Notes: a model not told the origin generated them from the letters alone. A stretch of 63,390 nt of DNA, filler included, from Octopus bimaculoides (GCF_001194135.2; 9 parts of 8 records of this genome joined end to end with filler, not necessarily neighbours in it); one strand, 5' to 3'; shown: positions 13,093 through 26,485, counted from the whole stretch's first letter. Numbers and translations are program-made.

Positions 13093-13390
13093 TTGAATAC
13101 AGGTCAGCTTTCCAGCAGATGTGAATATATAATCGAAAGTCCAGGAAAAAGAGAACATTTATGATGAATTAATGTGGAACTTGCAGCTCTTGTATCCTGA
13201 CTATGAATTGTCATTTGCACCTATCACCATAAATGAATTGGGCTGTGTACCAACAAATTTACACAAAAACCTAGAAATACTGGGTTTTCCAATGAAAAAG
13301 CAAAAGAAACTGATGCAGATTCTCCAAATCCAACCTATTAGTGGCACAGTGAAGATCTGTAAGACACTCCAAAGATTCTCCTTTTGATAT
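13093..13390 (+). mobile_element. 3' fragment of RLE-type non-LTR retrotransposon (R4/Dong-like)
   Basis: Translates IQVSFPADVNI*SKVQEKENIYDELMWNLQLLYPDYELSFAPI..LG..GTVKICKT, the C-terminus of a restriction-like endonuclease domain. Homologous to 34935-35262 and 35330-36020. Confidence 0.8.
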
Positions 13391-13973
13391 TCTTACATTT
13401 GGGTGTCTACATCAACAGTTGAACCAACACACCAGCTCAACCACATATTTACAAACACTGGGAACACTCTTAACTCAAAAAGACTTGTTGCTTTGTTAGC
13501 AATAGGTTTGAACTCTTTCAAGAACTTAAAGAAAAGTCATGCTTACACACACATACACACATATCCATAATAGAATAAGAAGTTTGCTTTCCAGCAAACT
13601 TCTTGTCACGCATCTATATCTTGTTTAATATTCTAACTCTTCGTTTTTTCCACCATGAAGATGTTTCTATTAAATACAAAATGCAGAGTTGCTTCGGTAG
13701 ATGTATCAGTTCTATTTTCGGAACGGTGGATCTCGAAGCAAAGCAGGCCATAAATGATAGCTTGTAAATATTGGGTTTCAAAGATAAACAAACGTAGTAT
13801 TGTCTTTTGTTTATAAAGCTCCAGTCGTTGTTGATGACAACCAGGCACAACAAACGTTCTTGTTTTAAATGATGTGGCTTTGATAATGAAGAGAGATAAC
13901 TCCAGTCACATTGCAGTTTTCTCCCTTGGTAAAGACTTTTTTTCTTTCTTTTTCATGTGTTTTTATATATGTG

Positions 13974-14004
<31 letters not shown>

Positions 14005-14005
14005 G

Positions 14006-14270
14006 CATCGGAATCGCGGTTTCGATTCCCAGACCGGGCGTTGTGTGTGTTTATTGAGCGAAAACACCTAAAGCTCCACAAGGTTCCAGCAGGGGGTGGT
14101 GGCGACCCCTGTTGCACTCTTTCGTCCCAACTTTCTCTCACTTTTTTTTTTCCTGGTTCTTGAGTAACGCTGCGATGGACTGGCGTCCCCTTCAGCTGCG
14201 GGGAACACATACACCATAGAAACCGGGCCCATGAGCCTGGCCAGGTATTAAAAGGGCGCATAATAAAAAT
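14006..14270 (+). mobile_element. 5'-truncated tRNA-derived SINE (family D body, GCTGCGATGGACTGGCGTCCC-type 3' part)
   Basis: B-box-like GGTTTCGATTCCC. Body homologous to the minus strand of about 16110-16240; 3' part differs. Confidence 0.75.
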
Positions 14271-14959
14271 ATATATATATATACACGCACACATATATAA
14301 AGATGAGTATATTTTTATGTATGCATATTTAACTTGTTTCAGGCATTAAGACTGCGGTCATGCTGTAGCACCGCCTTAAATGATTTTTAGTCGAATGAAT
14401 CAACACCAGTATTTATTTTCTTTTTAAGCCTACTTATTTTATCGTAAGTTTTTAAAATAAAAAAGTTAATTATACTTAAATCCAATTTTTTGCCTTGCTT
14501 ATATTTTTCCACAGTATTTTACCTCACGATTTCTTTGATACAAATTTTTGTTGCATGGGAAGAAAACTATAAAATTCCTCATGCTTTCTTCTATCATTGA
14601 AGCTAAGCTGTGGCTGTGTGGTAAATAGCTTGCTTACGAACCACATGGTTCCGGGTTCANNNNNNNNNNNNNNNNNNNNNNNNNNNNNNNNNNNNNNNNN
14701 NNNNNNNNNNNNNNNNNNNNNNNNNNNNNNNNNNNNNNNNNNNNNNNNNNNNNNNNNNNGTAGCTTGCAAGAGTGGCTATCTGGGCACTTGAAGGCATAT
14801 CCGAGAGAGTGACTATAAAAAGCAACACATATAAGAAGGATGACCACTAGGTGGCCATCCAATATGCAAAATGTAGATTCCATATGATCTGACCACTAAT
14901 ATGTAATATAATTTTCCTGAATCTTCAGTTTTTTTGAATATGTGTGGCCACCAGTTTAA

Positions 14960-15068
14960 ATGAGATTGGATCAGATTGGAGCCTGCTTGCTTGCCAGTCC
15001 TCAGTCAAATCGTCCAACCCATGCTGGCATGGAAAGCGGACATTAAACGATGACGACGACGATGACGA
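14960..15068 (+). mobile_element. Family C 3' tail fragment
   Basis: CAGTCCTCAGTCAAATCGTCCAACCCATGCTGGCATGGAAAGCGGACATTAAAC followed by GAT/GAC repeats. Confidence 0.85.
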
Positions 15069-15104
15069 TATATATATGTATTTAGACACACACAAGCATA
15101 TATG

Positions 15105-15315
15105 TTATTTCTTTACTACCCACAAGGGGCTACACACAGAGGGGACAAACAAACGGATTAAGTCGATTTCATCGACCCCAGTGCGTAATTGGTACTTATT
15201 TAATCGACCCCGAAAGGATGAAAGGCAAAGTCGACTTCGGCGGAATTTGAACTCAGAACGTAGCGGCAGACGAAATACCGCTAAGCATTTCGCCCGGCGT
15301 GCTAACGTTTCTGCC
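15105..15315 (-). mobile_element. Family B SINE, slightly 5'-truncated
   Basis: Highly similar to 4456-4693. Confidence 0.9.
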
Positions 15316-15747
15316 ATATAACACATATATGTGTTTCCTTATACATACCTGTTCTTGACTTGGCACTAATTTAAAGCAACCTTCAATGTCATGCAAAGTG
15401 TAGTGCATCTGCAATCTTCCATGAATACATGGCAGCCTGGGTAAGAATTAGCAACAGTAAGGAATCCAGCTGTAAAACTACAGCTCAGTAATTTATCTAA
15501 CCCATGCTGACATAGAAGAATTGATGTAAAATTAAAAACTGAAAGACGCCCATTATATGTACATATATATACACACACATTAGTGTGTGTTTGCCCCTCA
15601 CCACCAGATGTGAAGACACATCTTGCAATTTACTCCTAGCAGAGAATAGGTTCCTGACAAATACTTAAAGCTGGTCTCTTTAGCAGCTAGAATTAGCAGT
15701 CAAATCTCCCTCAAATTACATTCCATAGTCTTGGAAAGTGAATAGCA

Positions 15748-16660
15748 CATTAGATGATGGAGTTCTAGATACACTGTGTCTGAATGAAAGACATGATGGT
15801 CATAGCTGGAATATCTGGTCATACTTCTGTTGGATCAGGACTGACCCAAGGCTGAATAGTAATTATGGCCACTAATATTAAATACTATACATTAGATAAT
15901 GTAGTCCTGCATACAATTGTGTTTTTGGCACTCCGTCGCTTACAACGTCGGGGGTTCCAGTTGATCCGATCAACAGAACAGCCTGCTCGTGAAATTAACG
16001 TGCAAGTGGCTGAGCACTCCACAGACACGTGTACCCTTAACATAGTTCTCGGGGAGATTCAGCGTGACAAGGCTGACCCTTTGAATTACAGGCACAACAG
16101 AAACAGGAAGTAAGAGTGAGAGAAAGTTGTGGTGGAAGAGTACAGCAGGGTTCGCCACCATCCCCTGCTGGAGCCTTGTGGAGCTTTAGGAGTTTTCGCT
16201 CAATAAACACTCACAACGCCCAGTCTGGGAATCGAAACCGCGATCCTATGACCGCGAGTCCGCTGCCCTAACCACTGGGCCTCCACCCTAGATACACTAT
16301 ATCTGAATAAAAGACTAGCTGATTAGAACTGGAATATATTTGACCGTAGGTCTGTCTGGATCAGGACTGACCTGAGGCTAAACAACAACTATTGCCACTA
16401 ATACTAATATACTATACATTGGATAATGTAGTCCTAGATAGACGATGCCTGAATAAAAGATGGGATGGTCACAGTTGAAAAATTTTTGATCATAGCTCTG
16501 TCTGAATCCTTAACTGACCAGGGGCTAAACTGCAACAAAAACTATAGCCACTAATATTAACTAGTATACTATACATCAGATAATGTAGTCCTAGATACAC
16601 TGTGTCTGAATATAGGATGGGATGGTCACATCTGTAACATATTTGATCATAGTGAGATCT
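15748..16660 (+). repeat. Tandem repeat of about 4 units (about 140-157 bp), interrupted by a SINE
   Basis: CAT(T/C)(A/G)GAT(A/G)ATG..GT(C/T)CTAGATA anchor recurs at 15748, 15890, 16417 and 16574. Confidence 0.8.
15909..16281 (-). mobile_element. Full-length tRNA-derived SINE (family D head/body plus alternative tail)
   Basis: Minus strand GGCCCAGTGGTTAGGGCAGCGGACTCGCGG...GGTTTCGATTCCC is a tRNA-like head. Its tail is shared with 51443-51585. Confidence 0.85.
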
Positions 16661-17559
16661 GAAGCAACAATAACACAGAAAACTTTAATATTTTTTTTCA
16701 ATTTTTTTATTTTAAATTTAAAAAAAAAAAGTTTTTTTTATGTATTTTTCCATCAAAATGTTTATTTTTCGAATTTTTCAATTGAATTTATAATTTTTTT
16801 TTTAAATATTTATAATTTTTATAATTTTTTTTTATGTATGTGTATGTGTGTGCGCGTGCGTGTGTGTTAGTGTTTTCATTTAAAATTTCTTCATTGAAAT
16901 TTTTTAAATTTATATTTTAAACCTACATATATCTAGAATGCTTATCACACCCTTTACAAACACGTGACGCATGGCACCTATAGGAGCCACGTATGCACAT
17001 CGACAAACACAAACCAAACTCTAACAAGCACACTCACCCCTTCAAGACAACACAACATAGACGCACAGACAGAGAATCACCATTATGTACATAGCCAGGA
17101 CTGGACGCAGCAACAGACAAGACACACAGGTGGTAGTCACCAACGGAGTGCACAGTGATATTGGTTGGTTACGTATATAAGTAGACGGGACCCACAAAGA
17201 CAATGCAACAAATGATTACTAACTTTGCTCAATAAACAACATCCAGGGACTTTGGACAGAGAAACTGGGACACTTCAACCCTGATCCAAAAACACTCACA
17301 TATATACACACATATATACATAGATACATACAGGCTGCACTCAAACACACACACACACACACACACAAAACTTGACCACACACAACAAACAGGACTCTCA
17401 ACCATACACACACACACACACAAGCAACACACAGAAGCAACACTGAAAACTACATGCATATACGCACACACAAACATTCCTGACAGGTGGTACTGAGAGA
17501 CAGAGAGAGGAGAGACAGTAGGGAGGGTCATTAAATATCTGAAATCACTGGTCAAGGTC

Positions 17560-17900
17560 ACGTAAAACCACACCAGACCAGACCAGACCAGGAAACAGCG
17601 GTATGGGTTGTGGCACAGTATAGTAGTGGTGGTGGTGTTTGCTCGGTTGTGAAGTTGATCGTAGCATGGTCGTAATGGTGGTGGTAGTGGTCATTGTAGC
17701 GGGAGCACTAAGATGGTTGGTATTGCTTTTGTGGTGGTGATGGTGGTAAGTTGGGGTGCTAGTATGGCTGTGCAGTGGTGGCGGTGGTGGTACCTGTAGC
17801 ACCTGTGGTGTTGGTGATAGTAGTAGTTATAGTACAATTAGAGGGTGGTGGTTGTAGTGTTGTTGGTGTGAGGGTGTAGTGGTGATGGTGGTAGGACTTT
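17560..17900. repeat. GGT/GTG/GTA-rich low-complexity tract
   Basis: Read directly; source of the Thr/His-rich ORFs. Confidence 0.8.
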
Positions 17901-18148
17901 ACAGGTGGGAGGAACAGTGAAAGGAGAAAAGGACAGAGAGAGTTGTGAGAAATGAAAAGCAGAAGTGTGTTGTGAGTAAAAATATACATGTACACACACA
18001 CACATGTACTCACATACACATAATATACATACATATATATATATATATACATATATATATATTATAGACATGTGTGTCTATAATATATACACACACACCA
18101 GAGAGATAGAGGGATAGGTATATATTCATGTATGTATATATAAATACA

Positions 18149-18191
<43 letters not shown>

Positions 18192-18195
18192 GAGC

Positions 18196-18280
18196 CTAGT
18201 GTAGCCATCTGGTTCACCAGTCCTCAGTCAAATCGTCCAACCCATGCTAGCATGGAAAGCGGACGTTAAACGATGATGAT
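18196..18280 (+). mobile_element. Family C 3' tail fragment within (TA)n
   Basis: GGTT(T)CACCAGTCCTCAGTCAAATCGTCCAACCCATGCTAGCATGGAAAGCGGACGTTAAACGATGATG is near-identical to 8110-8190. Confidence 0.85.
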
Positions 18281-20451
18281 ATATATATATATATACAATT
18301 TAAATATAGGATAAAATCTTTATAAGAATTTATCAAGTAGTTAGCATGAAAAAAACCTCATAAGGGAAAAATTTATTAATTATTCCCTATAAATATATTT
18401 ATTTATATTAAGGGCATTACTATACATAGATGCCTCACACTAGGAGGGACTCTTNNNNNNNNNNNNNNNNNNNNNNNNNNNNNNNNNNNNNNNNNNNNTT
18501 AATTAATTAANNNNNNNNNNNNNNNNNNNNNNNNNNNNNNNNNNNNNNNNNNNNTATATATATATATATATATATATGTATACATGTTTTGCAAACAACA
18601 CACTACCTTTTTGTTCAATGATCTGAACTTGTAATGCGTAGTGTGCAAAACATGTACAGTATATGCATTCATAAAAACCTGTGGTAATCACAAAAATGCA
18701 CCTCTAGTGAACCCGGCTACATACCCCGTTGTAATCCAGAATGAATGAAATTATTTCATGCTGACTATATAGAAGAGAAAAAAATCAGTTGATATCCGTA
18801 GGATGACGGACATTATTATGGAATGATAATTTTTATTTCAGTGTATAATAAATTACGTTACATGTCTGCACTTGTATGCATGCTAAAATATCTTTTGTAG
18901 ATGTAGATATAGGAGGTCAGCTCTTCAGATCAACATAACACCTTGGATACATCAATTTTTCAGCTCCACTATATACATACAAATATCATCATTCATCTAT
19001 AGGCAGTATGGAAGGCCAATAATTGATAAATATTTACTACAGAATGGAGGGAAGCAGATTAAGAAGCTGAAAGGAAATGCGCGGTGGGTGGTGATGGAGG
19101 TCGAAATGAAAGAAAGAGAGCAAGAAAAAGAGCGAGAGAGAGAGAGGGGGAGAGAGGGAGAAAATAGGGGAGGTAGAGTGTCGTCAATAAGATAGAGAGA
19201 GTAATAATCGAGGGAGACAAGAATGTAAGTTAAAAAGAATGAGAGAGGTACGCAGAAAGTGTGGCTATGAAATATAAACAAGAGGGAACAGAATGGGATT
19301 ACAAGGGATGAGAGAGGGGTAGGAACAGTAAATACATTTGTATGTTATGAATTAATATGGTAGATCGAATTTTATGTATAAACCAATAAAGAAAAGACAG
19401 GAAAAGAGTAGTAGAAGCTCGTCGTAAATACACACACACACGTGGATCGATTTGTTCAACTAAAGAGGTTCCCCAGCATGGCTCCAGTCAAACGACTGAA
19501 ACAGATAAAAGATGAACGATACTAAGGAAATAAAATAATGAAATAAAACAATCAAAATAGAGTAAATGACACACCTGGCTGCATGGTAGGAAGCTTGCTG
19601 TATTATCACATGGTTTCGGGTTCTCTCCCACTGTATGACATCTTGGGCTATAGTAGACTATACCCATGGCCTAACCAAAGCCTCATGAGTAGATTTGGTC
19701 GACAGAAAGGTCTAATATTTCACCTAGGGGCTATCAAATACCCGAACAATTTACTGGTTTATTACCTATATGAATAACAATGTTATTCCAATTTATTGCT
19801 TTTTCCATATCTCTTATATATATATATATATATNNNNNNNNNNNNNNNNNNNNNNNNNNNNNNNNNNNNNNNNNNNNNNNNNNNNNNNNNNNNNNNNNNN
19901 NNNNNNNNNNNNNNNNNNNNNNNNNNNNNNNNNNNNNNNNNNNNNNNNNNNNNNNNNNNNNNNNNNNNNNNNNNNNNNNNNNNNNNNNNNNNNNNNNNNN
20001 NNNNNNNNNNNNNNNNNNNNNNNNNNNNNNNNNNNNNNNNNNNNNNNNNNNNNNNNNNNNNNNNNNNNNNNNNNNNNNNNNNNNNNNNNNNNNNNNNNNN
20101 NNNNNNNNNNNNNNNNNNNNNNNNNNNNNNNNNNNNNNNNNNNNNNNNNNNNNNNNNNNNNNNNNNNNNNNNNNNNNNNNNNNNNNNNNNNNNNNNNNNN
20201 NNNNNNNNNNNNNNNNNNNNNNNNNNNNNNNNNNNNNNNNNNNNNNNNNNNNNNNNNNNNNNNNNNNNNNNNNNNNNNNNNNNNNNNNNNNNNNNNNNNN
20301 NNNNNNNNNNNNNNNNNNNNNNNNNNNNNNNNNNNNNNNNNNNNNNNNNNNNNNNNNNNNNNNNNNNNNNNNNNNNNNNNNNNNNNNNNNNNNNNNNNNN
20401 NNNNNNNNNNNNNNNNNNNNNNNNNNNNNNNNNNNNNNNNNNNNNNNNNNN

Positions 20452-20487
<36 letters not shown>

Positions 20488-21250
20488 GGAGCGAAAAGCT
20501 ACGATGCCTTCTCGTCGGCTATTATTGGCAATAGACACTATGAAAAGAACCGAGGAATCAAAGGGAGGTTACTCTAAAAGAAAAAGAAAAAGATAACGCA
20601 ACCACTTTCTCACAATACATAGACATAAACCTCCTGCGTTCATAACGTTTACATACGTACACACTCACAGAAAGATGTACACGTAGATGCACATACACAC
20701 AAACGTATATGTGCAGGTACATGCTCATACATACATATCCACACACAAACGCACAAACACACACACATACACACACACACACATATATATGTGTATGTTT
20801 ACGCAGCTTTATCCTCATATGCATATAAGTTTACATGCATACACATAACAAAGTACATATATATTTAAACATTTATACATATAAATATACGTTTATTTAT
20901 ACAGGCATATATTGACACCCCCGTCCTGGTACTTCGTGTTTTTTGTTGTTTACGTTTTGTGACGTCCCGTGCCCACANNNNNNNNNNNNNNNNNNNNNNN
21001 NNNNNNNNNNNNNNNNNNNNNNNNNNNNNNNNNNNNNNNNNNNNNNNNNNNNNNNNNNNNNNNNNNNNNNNNNNNNNCACACACACACACACACACATGT
21101 ATATATATAAATATATATATATATATAACTGAGCATGTGTGTCTGTCTGTGTGTCTGAAACAATTAAATCTCTATTGTAATGTGAGATAATACTTTCAGT
21201 TTTAATAGGCTTCACTATTAGTACTTTCACTATGTATTTATATACATTTT

Positions 21251-21310
<60 letters not shown>

Positions 21311-21429
21311 ACATATATATACGACATTCCGATAAGTAGATTATCTCCCTTGACTAGGCGGCTCTCCATGCAGACAATTCTACTTCCGCGGACTACCCAC
21401 TCCAATGTTGTTGTGAGTCACGTCATATC

Positions 21430-21963
21430 ATGATTATTAAGCGACTCGAGTTAAAGAATCATTTGCGATTACATGGACAGTATGTTACTGGACAAAAAAA
21501 GGCGGATTTGGTTGAAAGGTTAAAAGGTATTAAAATTATTTCGATAAAGAACGTCAATGAATTAAAATCAACAGACGAGAAGTGCACTTCAGACCGGAAT
21601 AAGCATAGAATTGGATCTTCTCTCGGTGAAGTTTTACCTGATGTTAATGTACTGAAATCAGGTTGGACTAAAGCTTTTCATAAATTACCGACTTTTACGG
21701 ATAATGACATTTACAACTGCATCGTGCTACGGATGAAATCAAAGCGACAGTTAAGGAGTGACATATTTTACCATGACAGACACATCCACAGCATTGAATA
21801 TCACGATGTTACCGAAAACTATTCTTAATGCATTGTCCGGTGTCTGGTAATCCCGTCAATACCCCACATCTAACAAAATGAACAATCCTGATTACGCAGT
21901 AGCAAAGGTCACTAGCAACGTGCACTTAGCTAATTGCAACTGCAATGCAGGGAAGGAGCCTGT
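21430..21963 (+). pseudogene. SAP-domain plus SWIM zinc-finger protein remnant (transposon accessory ORF)
   Basis: ELKNHLRLHGQYVTGQKKADLVERL is SAP-like. Past a stop and frameshifts it continues CIVRCLVIPS..NPDYAV..KVT..VHLANCNCNAG(E)GAC, a CxC...C SWIM-like motif, then breaks off. Confidence 0.7.
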
Positions 21964-22130
21964 TTAATTATTTTAACTTTTTTCCCTTGTATAATAATTG
22001 TATTTTTTATGGATGTAAGTAAATAAATGTATAATTAAAACAATAAATAATAAATAAAAGAGACTTAATTTTGAATATTTTTTCATCCCTGTCGTATTTG
22101 TCAAATTCAAATGCACAGTCACATACATAC

Positions 22131-22391
22131 CTCTGAAGTTTATCTAATAAACGGATGCCAATGGTGATCTGTCGATGGTCCATTAGAATTGACGAAATAC
22201 TGGGATCAAATCTGGCTATTTGCAGTGTAAACAAAGTCATTCCTCACAAGTCTCGACCTCAGAAGCCAAATATGACGAATAACGACGTTTGCAGTGTATC
22301 TACGAAGTGAAATAAATTTGCCGTCTACATTCTTCCCTCTATAATTGCTGCATATTCAACAGTATTTGCGCAATTTCCTCGGAGACATCAT
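22131..22391 (-). pseudogene. THAP zinc-finger exon (N-terminus of transposase), decayed
   Basis: One frame reads MMSPRKLRKYC*ICSNYRGKNVDGKFISLRRY...HIW...RNDF..TANSQI*SQYF..GPS..HP with 3 stops. The C2CH pattern is recognisable, with the CSxHF motif decayed to *SQYF. It ends at a canonical GAG|GTATGT donor. Confidence 0.65.
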
Positions 22392-22631
22392 ATTAACCGG
22401 TCATACAGACAGTGAGTTGGTAGTCACATACAGGAGAGTTCCAATCAGGGGTGGATAACTAACTTATCGGAATGACTTTATATGGATGTGTATATACACT
22501 TATATATATACATATATATATATGTATATATNNNNNNNNNNNNNNNNNNNNNNNNNNNNNNNNNNNNNNNNNNNNTTAATTAATTAANNNNNNNNNNNNN
22601 NNNNNNNNNNNNNNNNNNNNNNNNNNNNNNN

Positions 22632-23010
22632 CATACTCTTAATTGCTTTATCTACCCTGGTACTATCAACTCGGATAGCTGGTCCCTCTATTGGGTCGAC
22701 ATAAGGCAGGCTCTCTTTCTCCCATTCATTCTCTTTATTAAGCAATCTATCGTAGTGGCATCTCCAGACCTCTTTCTTTGCATCCTCATTTAATGCAAGC
22801 GTACCATCATCCATGCGAACACATTTCTCTCCTACAACATCACTATTCTCTCTCCTACACTGTCTTGCAACCCGAAATACCTCGAGTCTTTGGTCCTCAC
22901 GGCGCAGAACATTGGCAAATCTTTCCTTATCTGCTTCCCCTCTGGCTAAATAAACCTGTCGCCTAGCCTCCCTTCTGGCATATTGTCTTTCAAATTTCAG
23001 ATTATTCTTC
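22632..23010 (-). mobile_element. RTE-clade LINE ORF2 fragment (linker between endonuclease and RT)
   Basis: YARREARRQVYLARGEA..VFRVARQCRRENSDVVGEKCVRMDDG.L..DAKKEVWRCHYDRLLN.EN.W..EGPA..V.KAIK.M; runs into a gap. Confidence 0.8.
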
Positions 23011-25982
23011 ACCTTTCTCCATTTAGAATTTTAAAGTTTCATCTATTCAGTCTCAGATGCATCAGTCCAGTTGTTGCCATTGACATTGTTTTCTTGATTT
23101 AAACATTCTAGAATACTTAACTACTTTCAATATGAATATAGTAACGGCTAATTTTAGTTGTTATGTTTGCCTCAGTAGTGTATTAGTGCCTAGTTCACAA
23201 AATAGTACTTAGTTTGCTAAATTAAAGATGTAAGTTTTCTATCTAAGAAAATGCATTAAATTCTATCACTGTCACAGTAAATATAACTGAAAATGAACAT
23301 AAGTAATTTTCATGAGAAACACCATACACTGGATTGATTTTACTACGTTAATGGTTTTAAAACAGGCACAGGACCAGTGAATTTGAGGAAACTGAGTACT
23401 TTACTGGTGTTTTATTTCATCATTGAATGAAAGGTATGGTTGACAAAAGTATTTAAACTCAGAACATAAGGAATCAAAAGAAATATTTCAAAGCATTTTG
23501 TTTGATGTGCTAACAATTCTTCTAAAGGAACACCCTTACTTCACAATATTTTTGAGGTTTCTTTTTATTATTCATTTTAGAAAGTTGGAATGTGAAGCAA
23601 GCTCATAAATGTAAGACATATAACTCAATAACTTAGATGAGACGACCTCTCTATATTTCCACCATATTCATCTTCTTTTATTACTGTGTCTAATATATCA
23701 CTACAGTTTGGTTTAATGGTCAGTTCTATTCTTGGTGTTTTTGTTTAGCACCTGATCAAGTCTGATCAAGAAGATATATAATCAGAGACATTTGAACAAC
23801 GATCATCCAATGTTTTTCCAGCAGTGACTATATTATCAATGTGTTCTTTCATATTTCTTTAAACATGATAGGGTGTAATTTGTTCATGCTATTTCTAGCA
23901 GATTGAGCAAACCTGTAGAAGACTTTACATTGACTTGAGAGAAAATTTATTTTAAGGTATTTCGGATATATATACTCCTGCATAAGTGACTGTTTGCAAT
24001 ATAATTATTAATCTTTCACTATTGTCAAAGCATTATTTCATTTTAACAAAAAGAAAAAAATTCTGCTCTAAGTTTAGATCTATGGTTGCTTAATGTCACC
24101 ATTTTGAATAGGTTAAATCTCTGGCAGAAACAGTGGGAAATGTCAAATACATTACAGTTATTGATTTAACCCTAAAATATAAACTGATAACAAAGCAGGA
24201 TACTTATCCTACTTCTGTTTTACTATCTTTGGAAATGGTTAAACTTAAAATATTGTCATAAATCTTGTTTAGTTACCAGCATTGGTGGTGCTATGCTCAC
24301 TTTTCAAGGGAAAGGTAATTGGCTAAATTATTATTTTTATTGTTAGATGTTTTCATTCATTGCAGATTAGAGAACAATTCATATCTAATATTCATTGCAA
24401 TACAGTTGAATCTCCTTGCATCCAAAATATGATTATGTAAGGGTTAATAGCAACAAAATTTAGACCTAGTAAGGGAAGTCATCAATATTGCTGTTAAGAA
24501 TCTGAAAAAGAAACTGGTACAAAGACTTGGATCAAGTTTTACAAATTATGATTTTAGAATTTAACCTAATAATAGAAAGTAGTTATATTAGTTCTCTAAT
24601 TCTTCCTATTTTGTGTGCTTCATATTTAGAGAAACATAGCACCAATTTTTACTTTTTCTAGTAGACTAGTGAAAAGTGGAAGGGCAGTATCCATTGTTAT
24701 TTGCAGTAACTTCAAAATTGGTGAGAAGAAGAGAGGAAGTTAACTTCACCTTGGAGACAAGACATAGATGTTCACAACAGAGTGAACTCTGCTAAATTAG
24801 GCAAAGAAGCAAGTGATGTTGCTAAACTGAGTGATGGATTGATTTTCCGATCCATGAAAAAAAAATGGTTGTTTTGACAGGTTTCCATAAAGATCTCATC
24901 TAGCAAATTACGCTCACAAGTCTTGGGTCAAATCAAGATACTTCCCCAGGATTCCATTTAGTGGAATGGAGCCCCAAACCATTTAAGTTGTGAAGCAAAC
25001 TTTTTAACATCATAACATGCCAGTGTTCATTTTGCCTTAAGCAAGATGAATTATTCCATCAAACAAAGAATGTACAAATTGTGAACATGATAAACATAAT
25101 GGATATTATCATATTTATTTTCCTTATTATCATCTGTTTGAATAAAGAACGTCTATCATTTTGTTCAATATATGAAATCACATGAAAAATGTTGCCTATT
25201 ACCTGCTTAGCTTAAATATTCAGTTGCTATGCATAGGATTTATATAAGGGCCATAGTTACATGCTGCAGGCAATAGAGTACAATATCAAGATATATTAAG
25301 GTTGGCAAGGTATCCCAGCATGCCCTGCTTTCCTAGAAATGAAATTGCAGATAAACTAATTTATTAGGAGTCATATCAGTGTTTGTCGAAATCTACTTTC
25401 CTAGCTATCAATCAGTATGCAAACAAATTGATAGCCTGTTTTGCTATAAGCTACATTTATGTAAATAGTGATTTAATATAAGCATTAAAGGAGAATATTA
25501 ACATGAGTTATATCAACTGTTTAATGATGTATGCTGAGTTGCGAGATCTCCCTTTAACTTAAAATGACTTTATTGTTTGTAAAAGCTTGTAATTACTTTT
25601 GCAATTCATATGAAGAAGTAAAAGATATATATACATATAAAATAAAATAAAATGATAATAATAATAATAATAATAATAATAGCAACAACAACATTAGTAA
25701 TTATAACAATAATTACTAAAATGTAGCACAAAAATTACTTCTATGCCCATACAATTTGGATGCTGTACTATAAGAATTTGGTAAAATGTTGTTTCTAATT
25801 TCGTCATGACACTCAAATATATTTTTTGAATTTTTTAGATTTTTTTTTTTACCAGCACAGTAATTGAATTTCAAGTTAGTGTATAAAATCTAAAACTTTA
25901 AAAGAAAACTGCGTAGACTTTATGGTGAGAATCTATATCAAGCAGCTGCAAGTTTTATTTAAACACACACATATGTGTGTGT

Positions 25983-26015
<33 letters not shown>

Positions 26016-26316
26016 AGATTTATATTATGACAATAGTCTGTATTTTGAAGATTAATCTTCAAAATAAGAGAAACTACTCAGAATGAAAGTGGCTAAACTA
26101 CAGACTAAAATTTAACACTGACATTTTATGTTGTTTTTTTATTATACATTAAATTATTATTTTATATAAGTTGTTTTTTCTCATGATGTCATGGGTTGGA
26201 TGGTAATTGAAAATTTTTACTTTAGTATATTGTTGGAGCAAACTGTAAAATATACCAAAGCTGTATAACTTTCACACCTTTCACATACCAACTAAGGAAT
26301 TAATATTGAAATTTCA

Positions 26317-26485
26317 GGAGTGGCTGTGTGGTAAGTAGCTAGCTTACCAGCTACATGGTTCCAGGTTCAGTCTCACTGCATGGCACCTTGAGCAAGCAAG
26401 TGTCTTCTACTATAGCCTCGGGCCAACCACAGCCTTGTGAGTGGATTTGTTAGATGGAAACTGAAAGAAGCCTGTCGTATATATG

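Larger units (their letters stand above)
21323..22476. mobile_element. Internally deleted TIR DNA transposon with two convergent gene remnants (ISL2EU- or Kolobok-like architecture)
   Basis: Imperfect TIRs of about 28 bp with a 13-bp exact core CATTCCGATAAGT (21325-21337 versus reverse complement of 22462-22474). TA-rich flanks. SAP-SWIM remnant on +, THAP remnant on -. Confidence 0.8.

Noticed and set aside
13577-13604. 12-bp hairpin AAGAAGTTTGCT-TTCC-AGCAAACTTCTT resembling a terminator
   Set aside because: Eukaryotic context and short; no functional support.
16255-16281. tRNA-like sequences at SINE 5' ends (also 254, 26317, 51749)
   Set aside because: No complete cloverleaf or acceptor stem; they continue into SINE bodies.
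17545-17900. Thr/His-rich mucin-like ORFs
   Set aside because: Low-complexity GGT/GTG tract with no splice or homology support.
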